Notes under the pieces: model-generated
Told to the model about the DNA's origin: nothing
Database searches by the model: none
What the model saw: only the letters and a program-made list of their open reading frames with translations
Source: a virus
Taxonomy: Duplodnaviria > Caudoviricetes
Strand: one strand, 5' to 3'
DNA length: 64,000 nucleotides
Virus record (IMG/VR): IMGVR_UViG_3300021958_011649
Location: 1,747-65,746 of that record
Shown: piece after piece, positions 1-10,233 of the stretch
Layout of the letters: every line of letters begins with the position of its first letter
How positions within the stretch are numbered: position 1 is the stretch's first letter
Program-made: the position numbers and the translations under genes

Positions 1-342
1 AACAATTGGACAAACCTGATGAATTTCATCCTCCATCTCAAACAACCAAACGAAAAAACGTGGGTCTGTAAAGATAAAAAGAATATCGGGTTTCTCTGTT
101 GCTAGTGCGACTCGTAAAAGCTCAGGACTACCAAAGCCATCAATAGGTTTAATAATAAAATCTTCATTAACAACAACAGTTCTGTAATCAGAATGCTTAA
201 GTGCTGCACCAAATTGTCGAAAAGTCCAATTTCCTTTCTTAATCAAGCCATTAATCAGATGTCTTGTTTGTGTTCCAACGCCACTTGTTGAAAGTGCATG
301 ATCAGAAAGAACCATGACTTTCAATTTTTTGTCTTGTTCCAT
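1..342 (-). CDS. Glycosyltransferase family 4 (GT-B), N-terminal part; runs off the left edge
   Basis: Not in the ORF track. Manual translation from ATG at 342 gives MEQDKKLKVMVLSDHALSTSGVGTQTRHLINGL...EKPDILFIFTDPRFF, open to base 1. AAGGA SD upstream. Confidence 0.75.
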   Translation of the reverse strand, partial: MEQDKKLKVMVLSDHALSTSGVGTQTRHLINGLIKKGNWTFRQFGAALKHSDYRTVVVNEDFIIKPIDGFGSPELLRVALATEKPDILFIFTDPRFFVWLFEMEDEIHQVCPIV

Positions 343-371
343 AGTTTAAATTTCCTTATCAGAGATATAAC

Positions 372-401
372 AATAGTAACACTCTACGATAAAAAGTAAA
401 C
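372..401 (-). promoter_or_regulatory. Possible sigma70-type promoter (GTTTACT-N16-TACTAT, extended -10 TGn)
   Basis: Minus strand reads GTTTACTttttatcgtagagTGtTACTAT about 30 nt before the GT4 start; single instance. Confidence 0.35.
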
Positions 402-1243
402 TATTTACAATATTCTGTGTTCTCGTAAGGACAAAATTTGCAATTATTTCTATTTTTAAGAAACATTCCTTTTCTAACAGACTTAATCATGTTTCTCATT
501 AGTTTTACGCCCTTCTCAAGTGTCTTAGGGCCTACTGAGACAGGGACAATATCACAAACTTTTCCTGGTTTTGCCCCTCTCTTAAGAAGAATAAAAGCAC
601 ATCTAATGTCTTTCAACGGAACATTATGTTTAATAGACCAAAAGTGCTTGTATAGAATTAACTGTGCTGTCATTCCTAAGTCTTGCTTCTTGTCTCTTCT
701 CCACCCATAGGATCCTGCAGTCTTCCAATCAATAATCCAGTATTCATGTCCTTTTCCTCGTTTTTTAGGAACTTTTAAAACGCCGTCAATAAAACCCTTG
801 AAAGAAAGAGGTTTTGAAAGATTATCAATTGGCTCATATAACTGCTCTTCAGCATTAAAACACTCCCACCCGGGAAAATGTTCATCCAAAAAAGAAAGAA
901 CCTCATCCCAAGAATTGTTTGCCCAAGATTCCCAAACTTCAACAGGTTCGTGTTTGTACCAGCCGGGTTGTTTAGAATACCACTCAGGGTTTTCGAAATC
1001 AGCATCTAACCATGCTTTTTTCATCTGCTTGATTATACTATCCCTGTCAATCTGCCTGCTCTCTATTAAAGTCTCACAACCTGCGTGAACTGCAGTTCCA
1101 AAATGAAGATAGGGTGAATCTTCAAATGTATCAATCTTGTCAATTTGAGCCAACTTGTGTTGCCATGGACATGTTTTCCATTGTTTTATTTCAGAAAAAG
1201 AAATATGTGGCTTACCAGTTGGAAATAAATTTTCTTGACTCAT
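401..1243 (-). CDS. PD-(D/E)XK nuclease, RecB/Cas4-like (PDDEXK_1 family)
   Basis: SFSEI..W..CP, GTAVH, KGFIDG..IIDWKT, QL.LY, C-terminal CKFCPY..C. Start placed at the second Met because the SD overlaps the first ATG. Confidence 0.85.
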   Translation of the reverse strand: MSQENLFPTGKPHISFSEIKQWKTCPWQHKLAQIDKIDTFEDSPYLHFGTAVHAGCETLIESRQIDRDSIIKQMKKAWLDADFENPEWYSKQPGWYKHEPVEVWESWANNSWDEVLSFLDEHFPGWECFNAEEQLYEPIDNLSKPLSFKGFIDGVLKVPKKRGKGHEYWIIDWKTAGSYGWRRDKKQDLGMTAQLILYKHFWSIKHNVPLKDIRCAFILLKRGAKPGKVCDIVPVSVGPKTLEKGVKLMRNMIKSVRKGMFLKNRNNCKFCPYENTEYCK

Positions 1244-1300
1244 CTTTAACATCCTTTCATTGTTACAAATGAAAGATACACAAAAAAGACAAGATTTACA

Positions 1301-2218
1301 CTAGTAAGAATTAATCATATCTTCAAGTGAAAACATTGGACCCCAACCAAGCTCTCTTACTGTTTCTTCAATGTCAGCTAAAGTTTCTTTTACTTCAGCA
1401 GGCCTCTCAGGAATGAGTGAAACAACTGGGTTAGAATGAATTAAATTAGCTAATTCAATCATTGAATAGTTTTTTCCTGTCCCTACATTATAAATCTTAA
1501 ACGGAATCTCAGAAGCAGAAGCATTCATTGCACAAATATTCGCATTAACAACATCTTCAATATAAGTAAAGTCTCTTCTTTGATTTCCTGGAGAAACTAT
1601 TGTCATTGGTTTGTTTTCCTTAACTTGTCGTTTAAACAAACCAATAACTGGCGCATATTCTCCCTTCAAGGGTTCTCTAGGACCGTAAACATTAAAATAT
1701 CTTAAGACAATACTTGGAACATTGTATAGTTGATTATATAACTTACAAACTTGCTCACCCATCCATTTTGACATTGAGTATGGGTTCAAGCAGTCAGTTG
1801 GCATATTTGGCTGAAACGGAATTGAATTCTGATGACCATAAAGTGAAGAAGTACCAGAATATATTACTCTTTTAATTTGATACTTTCTGGACCACTCTAG
1901 AACCCTCTGTGTACCTACTACATTTACTTCAAAACAACTACCTGGAGAACCAATGGTTGGTTGTATTCTGCTTCTTGCTGCTAAGTGAAAAACATAATCG
2001 ACTCCTGTGAATATTCTTTCACAAGAGTCGTCTTTAGATATATCTTTTTTAAAATAAAAAACCTTGTCATTTAAAGATTGATGATAATAAAATATTTCAT
2101 TTTCTGGTGCAGAAAGATCATCAATTACCCTGACTTCATGACCTAACTTGACCAATCTATCAACAATGTGTGACCCAATAAAACCACAACCACCAGTTAC
2201 AACACTAACTGTTTTCAT
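1301..2218 (-). CDS. NAD-dependent sugar epimerase/dehydratase (extended SDR)
   Basis: VTGGCGFIGSH, HLAA, YSMSK (YxxxK), LRYFNVYGP, RDFTY, YNVGTG. Confidence 0.92.
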   Translation of the reverse strand: MKTVSVVTGGCGFIGSHIVDRLVKLGHEVRVIDDLSAPENEIFYYHQSLNDKVFYFKKDISKDDSCERIFTGVDYVFHLAARSRIQPTIGSPGSCFEVNVVGTQRVLEWSRKYQIKRVIYSGTSSLYGHQNSIPFQPNMPTDCLNPYSMSKWMGEQVCKLYNQLYNVPSIVLRYFNVYGPREPLKGEYAPVIGLFKRQVKENKPMTIVSPGNQRRDFTYIEDVVNANICAMNASASEIPFKIYNVGTGKNYSMIELANLIHSNPVVSLIPERPAEVKETLADIEETVRELGWGPMFSLEDMINSY

Positions 2219-3056
2219 TTTTTTTACTTACAGCACCAGGTATGTCATACCAATCTAGATCTTTTCTAACTTGCTTGTTTTTCTCCCAAGCACCTTTCAT
2301 AACATCTGGGGTAACACCGAGCTCTTCAGCTCTTTTAATCATTGCATTTAAATCTTTTGGAAAACATTTTCCTCCAAAACCTAGATCACCATCATGACCT
2401 GGGACGTCAATGTGAGAATTACCAATTCTTCCGTCTGTAATAAAACCTTCTATTGCTTTTTCCCAATCTCCCTCTATTGCATTACACACTTGATACATTT
2501 CATTCATAAATGAAACCTTGGTTGCAAAAAAGCAATTACACATGTACTTGATTAGTTGGGCTGTTCCAAAATCAGTCTTTATAATTTTTGTATAAGGGAA
2601 TCGTAGTCTATAAAGTTTTTCAACAATATCATTAGCTAAAATATTGTCACTACCTAAAACTATTCTAGAAGTGTTAATAAAGTCCAAGCGAGCTTTTCTT
2701 TCAGTTAAGAACTCTGGATTAAAAACAAAGTTCATTTTAGGATATTTGTTTGCTAGCCTTTCAGTTGTCCCGGGAACAACAGTTGATTTAATTACAACAA
2801 CTTTTTTATCTATGCAACTATATTGAGAAAGCTCTTTAGATACAGACTCAACAATTGAAAGATCACATTCGCCCGATTCAAACATTGGCGTAGGTACACA
2901 AATGAAAATCACATCTGATTCGTTTACCAAGTCTTTCATTGAATGTGTTGATCTTTTTGGGTTTTTGTCATAAATCATTATGTCATCAACATGAAGAATA
3001 AAGCCGTGCATAATTGCTGACCCTACAAATCCGTTACCTATAATTCCAATTTTCAT
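2205..3056 (-). CDS. ugd: UDP-glucose/GDP-mannose 6-dehydrogenase family, short form
   Basis: GIIGNGFVG, ICVPTP, IKSTVVPGT, NPEFL, KY..N.FFATK, GFGGKCFPKD; ends about 100 aa earlier than canonical Ugd. Confidence 0.85.
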   Translation of the reverse strand: MKIGIIGNGFVGSAIMHGFILHVDDIMIYDKNPKRSTHSMKDLVNESDVIFICVPTPMFESGECDLSIVESVSKELSQYSCIDKKVVVIKSTVVPGTTERLANKYPKMNFVFNPEFLTERKARLDFINTSRIVLGSDNILANDIVEKLYRLRFPYTKIIKTDFGTAQLIKYMCNCFFATKVSFMNEMYQVCNAIEGDWEKAIEGFITDGRIGNSHIDVPGHDGDLGFGGKCFPKDLNAMIKRAEELGVTPDVMKGAWEKNKQVRKDLDWYDIPGAVSKKNENS

Positions 3057-3071
3057 GTGAATATCATCCTT

Positions 3072-3752
3072 TTATAATATGTCATTGTTCAAGACAAAAG
3101 AAAAAATGTGAGCATCTCTAAAAATTTTAATTTTTCTTTTATTTTTTTTAGTTTCTGAGTTGAGATTCTCACTATGGAAAGTTAAATTATTTTCTTGGTT
3201 TTTCACAGACAATTTTTTAAAATTATCAATTAAGTCAAAATCTTCAAAGAAAAAACAAGAAAAAAAAGATTTTCTAATTGCTGGATATAAAAGATCTAAA
3301 TCTTCATCAACGAGATGAATAAGATGTGAGTGGCTAAACACAACGTCAATTTTTTCTTTTTTGACTGCCATTTTTTTTAAAAAGTCTGAACTTAACTCAT
3401 TCTTTAAATCGAAATTTGGAAAATTTTTCTTACCTAGAAATATTACATCTTCCCAAGAGTCGTTTCCTGAGAGTAAAACATTTTTAAAACCTAAATTAAA
3501 TAGATTTTCTCTAATAAATTCTAAATTGTAACCAGAATTACAACCCATCTCATGAACTCTAATTTTATCTTCTTTTCGGAATTTTTCTTTAATAAAGTCT
3601 AATATTATTTGAAATATTTCACTTCTACCTTCTTGCGTTTCTAAAGAGTTGGCATATGCTTCTAATGTATTTCCTCGAGTTTTTACATAATCACTTTTAT
3701 TTTGCCAAAATTCTACTCCCACACCTTTCCTGTCTGGTCTGTTCCATTTCAT
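3072..3752 (-). CDS. Class I SAM-dependent methyltransferase-like
   Basis: VHEMGCNSGYNL motif I, GND motif II, DVVFSHSHLIH. Confidence 0.65.
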   Translation of the reverse strand: MKWNRPDRKGVGVEFWQNKSDYVKTRGNTLEAYANSLETQEGRSEIFQIILDFIKEKFRKEDKIRVHEMGCNSGYNLEFIRENLFNLGFKNVLLSGNDSWEDVIFLGKKNFPNFDLKNELSSDFLKKMAVKKEKIDVVFSHSHLIHLVDEDLDLLYPAIRKSFFSCFFFEDFDLIDNFKKLSVKNQENNLTFHSENLNSETKKNKRKIKIFRDAHIFSFVLNNDIL

Positions 3753-3794
3753 TTTATTTGTATCCTCATGTTTAAAAACTTTAAAAACAAAATA

Positions 3795-4541
3795 CTACCA
3801 TCCTATCCCGGGATAATACATGTTATTTTTTTCAAATATTTCATGATTGTTTTTGATAATATTTACAATTTCCAAAACGGAGCCTTTAATATTTTTGTTT
3901 TCAATTTCAGAAACTAAAAATCTTACTACTTCTAAATCCTCTGGATAGTCTACAGTATATCTAAATTTTGACATGTCAGTTTTGTTTTTTAAAACACCAG
4001 CTTTAAAATTATTATCGTATTTCCACATGTAAAAAGTAACGTGTTCTCTATCTTTTTTATTGACTGCTTTTTTATAAGTTTCTTCTAAAGCTTGAAAACT
4101 AAAAACTTCAACATCTGATCCATCCGGGTACATGCTCTTTTGTTCTTTAATTGAGGCCGTATTTGCAAAATATTCATATTGGTTTAAAAAAAATTCATTC
4201 AAGCATATATCTATTGTTTCAGGATCAATCAAGGGACAATCAGCAGTTAATCTTACTATGTTTTCAAGACTATAATGCTTACTACAATCATAGTATCTAG
4301 ATAAGACATCGTTTTCATCGCCCCTAAAACACTTAATATTTTTTAACTTGCAAAAATCATAAATTTTATCGTCTTTAGGGCATGTAGAAGTCGCTATGAT
4401 TACGCCATCAATATTATTAGACTTTTTTACTCTATTAATCATATACTCAAGCATAGTGACATTTTCTTTTATTTCCATAAGAACTTTTCCAGGAAGTCTT
4501 GTAGAACCCATTCGAGCTTGAATTATTACACCTGTTTTCAT
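3795..4541 (-). CDS. SpsF-like cytidylyltransferase (CMP-nonulosonate synthetase family)
   Basis: IIQARMGSTRLPGKV, RGDENDVLSRY, VRLTADCPLIDP, REHVT, RYTVDYPEDL. Confidence 0.88.
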   Translation of the reverse strand: MKTGVIIQARMGSTRLPGKVLMEIKENVTMLEYMINRVKKSNNIDGVIIATSTCPKDDKIYDFCKLKNIKCFRGDENDVLSRYYDCSKHYSLENIVRLTADCPLIDPETIDICLNEFFLNQYEYFANTASIKEQKSMYPDGSDVEVFSFQALEETYKKAVNKKDREHVTFYMWKYDNNFKAGVLKNKTDMSKFRYTVDYPEDLEVVRFLVSEIENKNIKGSVLEIVNIIKNNHEIFEKNNMYYPGIGW

Positions 4542-4542
4542 C

Positions 4543-5862
4543 TTAATTTAACCTTTCAAATCCAGACTGTCTAATCTTGGTTTCAATTATATTATCAATG
4601 TTGTTATTATATAAAGCTATAGCTATTTTTTCAAAAACTTTTTCAACATCTAATGCATACTTTTCAATAATTTTTTGATCATGACTATAACTAAGATAGA
4701 TGCTGTTTGAAGCAAGATAGTTTAACTTTAGCATTTCTTGTGAGAAAACAGTTAGAATCTTATTGTTTTCTTCACCGTAATTTGGTTTAAATGTTATTAA
4801 AGGCATAAATTCTGTTGTTTTAAAATCCAAGTCGTATTTTTTAAACAGTCTATTCCAGACATCAGAAATCATTCTTCCATGTCTTACAAGATGATCATGA
4901 ACGTTTTTTTCTTGTAGTTGTTTAATTGTCTCAAGCCCTGCAATAAAACCGACCCTTTCTGTCCAGAAGGTGCTACTTATAAAGGTATCTTGCGAAGCAT
5001 CCATTATTTCATGCTTACCTACAATAGCAGATATTGCGAAACCATTACCCATTGCCTTACCGTACACTGCAATATCTGGAGTAAAATCATCATAAAGATT
5101 AAAAGCTCCGCCTAGACAAACCCTCCACCCAGAAGTTATTTCATCTAAAATTATTATTGCATTTTTTCTTTTTGCAACTTCCTTAACTTTTTGTAAAAAT
5201 TCTTTTTTTGCAAAATCATAGCGTGCCCCTTCTATTACAATAGCTGCTATTTCTTTACCGGATAACTGTTTTTCAATGTCATTGACACAGTTATATTTAA
5301 ATGGTATTGCAGAGCCCGCCAAGCTTTTTGGTACTCCTAGTGGTGATAATCCTTCGAGCAAGTGATCGTTAAGATTGTTTTCATCTTCAATGTTGGTTGC
5401 TAAATACCAGTCAGACCAACCGTGATAACCGCTAAAGGCAATTGTGTCCTTTCCTGTGTAAGCTCTTGCTATTCTAACTGCAATTGCCATTGCTTCACCA
5501 CCCGTTCTAGCAAATTTTACACCACCAGCAAATTTATTTATTTCTAACAACTTTTCTGCTAAGTAAACTTCTTCAGGGGCATTTAAAGTAGTGTTTACAC
5601 CTTTTGTAATTGCTTTTTTTACTTCATTGTTGACACTTTCGTTTGAGTATCCCAATATTGCTGTACCAATTCCCATCTGAGCCATATCAATATATTTTTT
5701 CCCATCTAAGTCCCAAATATTTACGCCTTTAGATTTGGAAAAATAAGTTGGCCACAAACCAGGAACATATCTTCCTGGTCTCTTTGAAAGTAAACCATTA
5801 CCTCCCGGTATGCATTTAACAGCTTTTTTCCAAAGTTTAATTCCCGAATTATTATCTTTCAT
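4543..5862 (-). CDS. Class III PLP aminotransferase, glutamate-1-semialdehyde aminomutase-like
   Basis: WDLDGKKYID, KFARTGGEA, GYHGWSDW, ILDEITSGWR, YGKAMGNGF, STFW. Confidence 0.85.
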   Translation of the reverse strand: MKDNNSGIKLWKKAVKCIPGGNGLLSKRPGRYVPGLWPTYFSKSKGVNIWDLDGKKYIDMAQMGIGTAILGYSNESVNNEVKKAITKGVNTTLNAPEEVYLAEKLLEINKFAGGVKFARTGGEAMAIAVRIARAYTGKDTIAFSGYHGWSDWYLATNIEDENNLNDHLLEGLSPLGVPKSLAGSAIPFKYNCVNDIEKQLSGKEIAAIVIEGARYDFAKKEFLQKVKEVAKRKNAIIILDEITSGWRVCLGGAFNLYDDFTPDIAVYGKAMGNGFAISAIVGKHEIMDASQDTFISSTFWTERVGFIAGLETIKQLQEKNVHDHLVRHGRMISDVWNRLFKKYDLDFKTTEFMPLITFKPNYGEENNKILTVFSQEMLKLNYLASNSIYLSYSHDQKIIEKYALDVEKVFEKIAIALYNNNIDNIIETKIRQSGFERLN

Positions 5863-5905
5863 TTTATTGTTCCTTAATTCTTAAAATAGTGAATTATTTG
5901 CTTGT

Positions 5906-6718
5906 TTAACATGGAGTAAATTTTGCTTTTTCTGGTAATAAAAACTTCATAAATTGCTGCTCAAAATAAGTCATTTTTTTACTGTAAACTCTTTCACTCA
6001 CAGAGAAACATGAATATTTACTTTCAAACTCTTTTACACTTTTACATATTTTAATGTTGTGTTTTTTTACACCAATTAATGTTTCAAAATCTCTTAAGTA
6101 ATCATTCATTCTTTCCATTTTTTCTTCTAAAGAAATAGTGTCAAATTGTTTTCCAACCTTTTGAGTAATATCTTTTGCAGGAGATCCTGCATATATGTGA
6201 TTTTCTTCCATATCCTTGGTAACAACTGAACCAGCAAGAGCCATAGATTTGTCACATGCGTTAATTGGTGATACAATACAATGCCCTACAAACCAAACGT
6301 CGTTACCAATTGACATTTTTTCACTAGAATTAAATCTACATCCTTCAAGAGTATCTCCGTACTTAATATGACTCCACAATTGAGAATGTGCACCAATTCC
6401 ACAATTGTCACCTATTGAAGTCCCTCCAATACTATCAATTATACAATATTGTCCGATCCAGCAATTGTGACCAATTGAACAGGATTTATATCCATGAACA
6501 TTTGTATTGTGATGAATCTTTCCGTAATCACCAATTGAAAAGTTATCACAGATAATTTGTACATTATGGCCAATATAAGTGTTGTCTCCTATGACAATAT
6601 TATCAGCTGACCCACTAACGCCTCTAATTACAGCAGTTTTTTCAATTACAACATTTTTTCCAACCTTTATATTTTTTGCATTTATGTTTGGATAAATTTG
6701 CTCATTCTTGTCACTCAT
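5906..6718 (-). CDS. Hexapeptide-repeat (left-handed beta-helix) acyltransferase
   Basis: Repeated [IV]Gxxxx hexapeptides, IGNDVW, AGSVVTKD, YAGSPAK. Confidence 0.8.
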   Translation of the reverse strand: MSDKNEQIYPNINAKNIKVGKNVVIEKTAVIRGVSGSADNIVIGDNTYIGHNVQIICDNFSIGDYGKIHHNTNVHGYKSCSIGHNCWIGQYCIIDSIGGTSIGDNCGIGAHSQLWSHIKYGDTLEGCRFNSSEKMSIGNDVWFVGHCIVSPINACDKSMALAGSVVTKDMEENHIYAGSPAKDITQKVGKQFDTISLEEKMERMNDYLRDFETLIGVKKHNIKICKSVKEFESKYSCFSVSERVYSKKMTYFEQQFMKFLLPEKAKFTPC

Positions 6719-6745
6719 AATAACCTCAAATTAAAATAAATATTT

Positions 6746-7597
6746 TTAATTGGTATGTCGCCTATAGATCTTTGCAGCTTGCTCTGTTTCTCTAATTTCT
6801 AGTTTTGCCTCACCAATGATTTCATCAGCTTCTCTTAATTGTCTGATCATATTTTTCATTTGGACTTCATCGATAGAAACAGGACTATCAACACATGTTT
6901 CTTCAATTTTAAAGTGTTTTTCTAAAATTTGTGCTCCTTTTAAAAAGGAAAAAACAGGTATTCTTATGTCTGGAGTATGATCAGATTGACCAATAATACA
7001 GTCAAAAGAATTTTTCAAAACATCAATTGAACCTAGATTTGCATTTTTTTCTTTTGTTGGATAAGCAGATACGCAGTGTAATATTACAGAGTTGCTACTT
7101 CCAACAATGTTGTAAGCTTTTTTAACTTCGTCAAGATTTGACATACCTGTAGAGAATATTGTTGTCTTATTTTTTTTAGATATTTTCCTTAAAAGACGAT
7201 GATTGACAATGTCAAAAGAAGCAATCTTATAAAAGGGAACATTAATGCTGTCCAAGAATTCAACACTTTCTTCATCAAAAGGTGTTGAGAAAAAAGTTAT
7301 ACCTAAATCATCAGCATGTTTTTTTAGTTTATCAAAATCATAATAACTTAACTCACAATTTTTTAATATCTGGAATATCTCAGAATCTTTTTTTACTCTT
7401 TTTTCAGTAACATAAGTTTGAAATTTAACGCTATCAGCGCCAGATCTATGTGCAGCATCAATTAATCGAAGAGCTTGATCAACTTTACCATTATGATTAA
7501 TTCCTATCTCAGCGATAGTGTAAAATCTGTTATTGGTGTCAAAGCCATTTTTTCTTAAATCTTTAAAGAAGAAATCATTACTTTTTTTAGTTACCAC
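6746..7597 (-). CDS. neuB: N-acetylneuraminate synthase family (NeuB/SpsE/PseI/LegI-type)
   Basis: IAEIGINHNG, GADSVKFQTY, FSTPFD, YKIASFD, STGMS, LHCVSAYP, GQSDHT, EKHF; no C-terminal AFP/SAF domain. Confidence 0.9.
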   Translation of the reverse strand: MVTKKSNDFFFKDLRKNGFDTNNRFYTIAEIGINHNGKVDQALRLIDAAHRSGADSVKFQTYVTEKRVKKDSEIFQILKNCELSYYDFDKLKKHADDLGITFFSTPFDEESVEFLDSINVPFYKIASFDIVNHRLLRKISKKNKTTIFSTGMSNLDEVKKAYNIVGSSNSVILHCVSAYPTKEKNANLGSIDVLKNSFDCIIGQSDHTPDIRIPVFSFLKGAQILEKHFKIEETCVDSPVSIDEVQMKNMIRQLREADEIIGEAKLEIRETEQAAKIYRRHTN

Positions 7598-8304
7598 GAT
7601 GTAAACCCTCCATCAACAACAATATTTTGACCGTTAACATAATTAGAAAAATTACTTGAAAGAAATAAAAACGGACCTATCATGTCTTCTAGATTTGCCA
7701 TTCTATCTTGAGGACAGCGTGTAGAATAGCTGCTTATAAAACTGTCTCCTTGTGGGTTTTTGTTGTTAAATATACCACCTGGGGAGACACAATTAACTTG
7801 GATATTCAAGCTAGAAAGGTGCACGGCAAAATATTTTGTCATTTGAATGAGACCAGCCTTAGAGGCGCCGTAAACTTCAGGACTATGTCTTTTTAAGTCT
7901 GTGTATATCCTCGGGTCTGGACTAACGAGACCATATATTGATCCCACGTTTATTATTTTACCTTCAGTCTGATTTGCTTTTTTATAATTTTTAACATAAT
8001 TTTTGATACAATTAAAAGATCCCCAAAGATTTACGTCAAGAACTTTTTTAAAGTCTTTTTCTTTCCTTTCTAAAAAAGGCTCAAAAGTACTAATACCTGC
8101 ATTGTTTATTAGTACATCAACATTACATTTTCGATACAAATCTTCAAAAAAGTCTGAAGTTTCTTTTTCCGATGTAACATCAAAATCTTCAAAATCAACA
8201 GCAATAACACTTTTGCAATGTTTCTCAAATACACTTTTTAAATAAGCTCCAACTTGCCCTTTACCACCGGTAATAAGAACATTTTTTTCTTTAATATCAA
8301 ACAA
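7591..8304 (-). CDS. Short-chain dehydrogenase, PtmA/FlmA-like
   Basis: ITGGKGQVG, LINNAG, YGASKAG, VNCVSPGGIF, YVNGQNIVVDGGFTSW. Confidence 0.85.
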   Translation of the reverse strand: MFDIKEKNVLITGGKGQVGAYLKSVFEKHCKSVIAVDFEDFDVTSEKETSDFFEDLYRKCNVDVLINNAGISTFEPFLERKEKDFKKVLDVNLWGSFNCIKNYVKNYKKANQTEGKIINVGSIYGLVSPDPRIYTDLKRHSPEVYGASKAGLIQMTKYFAVHLSSLNIQVNCVSPGGIFNNKNPQGDSFISSYSTRCPQDRMANLEDMIGPFLFLSSNFSNYVNGQNIVVDGGFTSW

Positions 8305-8312
8305 TTTACACT

Positions 8313-9101
8313 TTACCTTTTTCTAATATTATCAAGCGTTAAAAGCAAATCTCTTAGCTTTTTTATGTCAAAATAATACTCAGGTGTTATGTATTTTACA
8401 TTGTTTATTTTTGCAATTTCTAAAATTTCTTTAACAATTTTTTGATCGGGAAGCTCATGAACGTCTCTCGCTATTTCATCTGACTTTTCAGGAATAAAAG
8501 GCTTACAAAACTGAATTTGTTTTGTTTTTTTCATTGGTAATTTTTTAATATATTCTTTATAATCTACTTTCATGTTATGAGCAGAAACTGCAGCATGAGC
8601 ATTGTCAAACAAAAAATAAATTTTATTGTCATTTACAATATCTGATATGAAGTCAGGATCACAAACGTCCTCATAAGCTTTTGTGGGGTAAAAGTTGTTA
8701 TTTTCTATCAGGATAGAGACTTCATCACCTACTATTTTTTTAATAATTTCAATATTTTTCTCAGCATTCAAAAACATTTCATCTCTAGTAAACAAAGTAG
8801 AGTCTTTACCTACTTGAAACATATTATTACCAATTTCAGGGTTTTTGCAGTTAGAAGCACAATGAAAACTAATGTACTTTAAGTCTTTTTTATGTGATTT
8901 TATTTTTTCAATAAGATAAAATTCTGAGTCTGACATATTGTGGATTGGTTGAATTTTATCTGCATGGAAGAATAGTTGATTGTCTAAATTACAATTAAAG
9001 CTATCATGCCTGGTTTCAAAACCGTCACACAAATCTTTAATAATTTCTACATTTTCTTCTGTTTTAAATAAATGAGAAACAGGTAATATTATATCAAACA
9101 T
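8313..9101 (-). CDS. TIM-barrel metalloprotein (xylose-isomerase/DUF692-like)
   Basis: IENNNF, FLFDNAHA, DVHELP, TPEY acidic/His ligand pattern. Start moved to the Met after a GGAG SD. Confidence 0.5.
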   Translation of the reverse strand: MFDIILPVSHLFKTEENVEIIKDLCDGFETRHDSFNCNLDNQLFFHADKIQPIHNMSDSEFYLIEKIKSHKKDLKYISFHCASNCKNPEIGNNMFQVGKDSTLFTRDEMFLNAEKNIEIIKKIVGDEVSILIENNNFYPTKAYEDVCDPDFISDIVNDNKIYFLFDNAHAAVSAHNMKVDYKEYIKKLPMKKTKQIQFCKPFIPEKSDEIARDVHELPDQKIVKEILEIAKINNVKYITPEYYFDIKKLRDLLLTLDNIRKR

Positions 9102-10233
9102 TAAAAAACTCCAATATAGACTCTGAAACAAAATCGACTTTATCAAAACCCATTTCATTGAAAATAGGTAGCCTCAATATTTTTTGACTTTCACGTGTTG
9201 TGTTAACGTCTTCTCCGACAAATGTTCCGAACTTTTTACCTGCCTGAGAAGAGTGCAAAGGTAAAAAATGAAACGTAGCTTGAACACCTTTTTTTCTTAA
9301 GAATTCAATTAGTTTGTCTCTTTTTTTAGGTTCTTTTAAACTTATTCTAAAAATATGACCATTATGTTTGCAATATTCAGGAATAAAAGGCAAAGAGAAA
9401 TAATCATTGTTGTTAGTTAGATTATTGTAGTATCTATTCCAATAGCTTAACCTCTTTTCAGTTATTTTTTCAACCAGTTTAAGCTGATCAAGTAAAAAAG
9501 CAGCATTGAGGTCGCTCATTGTATAACTAGCACCTAAATCGACCCAGGAATATTTTTGAACTTTACCATCAATAAATTTTCTTCTATTTGTACCCTTATT
9601 GTACACAACATGTGATCTATCACTTAAGCTCTTGTTATTAACAAATAATGCGCCACCTTCACCGCACTGAATATTTTTTGTCTCATGAAAGCTAAAAGTA
9701 GAGATATCTCCTATTGTTCCCAAGTGTTTATCTTTGTAAAAAGAAAAAATACACTGAGCTGCATCTTCGATTACAAATAAGTTATGTTTTTTAGCAATCT
9801 TACTTATTTCATCCATATCACAAGAAACCCCTGCATAATGAACACATACAATTGCTTTTGTCCTTTCTGTTATTGCTTCTTCAATTCTTTTTGGGTCAAT
9901 ATTTAAAGTTTTTTTATCAATATCAACAAACTTGATTTTTATTCCCCTGTTTGCAAAAGAGCTAGCAGTAGTAACAAAAGTAAAGCTAGGCATTATTACT
10001 TCATCTCCCGGACAGAGCTCAAGAATTATTGATGAAGCTTCGAGTGCCGAAGTGCAGGAAGTCGTAAAAAAAACTTCATTATCTTTTTTGTTGATAAAAC
10101 GCTTAACTTCATCTTTACACAGATTTGAAAAGTAACCGTCACCAGACATCTTTTTTAAAGCTATTAGCTTTTTAACATTTTCTATTTCAGTTTCAACAAT
10201 TGTCGGAGAAGTGAAAGGAATTTCAATTTTCAT
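9094..10233 (-). CDS. rffA: dTDP-4-amino-4,6-dideoxygalactose transaminase (DegT family)
   Basis: TSCTSALE, PSFTFVTTA, VHYAGVSCDM, EDAAQ, FSFHETKNIQCGEGG, KYSWVDLGASY, HNGHIF. Confidence 0.88.
   Translation of the reverse strand: MKIEIPFTSPTIVETEIENVKKLIALKKMSGDGYFSNLCKDEVKRFINKKDNEVFFTTSCTSALEASSIILELCPGDEVIMPSFTFVTTASSFANRGIKIKFVDIDKKTLNIDPKRIEEAITERTKAIVCVHYAGVSCDMDEISKIAKKHNLFVIEDAAQCIFSFYKDKHLGTIGDISTFSFHETKNIQCGEGGALFVNNKSLSDRSHVVYNKGTNRRKFIDGKVQKYSWVDLGASYTMSDLNAAFLLDQLKLVEKITEKRLSYWNRYYNNLTNNNDYFSLPFIPEYCKHNGHIFRISLKEPKKRDKLIEFLRKKGVQATFHFLPLHSSQAGKKFGTFVGEDVNTTRESQKILRLPIFNEMGFDKVDFVSESILEFFNV

Noticed and set aside
401-1243. CRISPR-associated Cas4
   Set aside because: No array or other cas genes in the window; solo Cas4-like nucleases are common in phages
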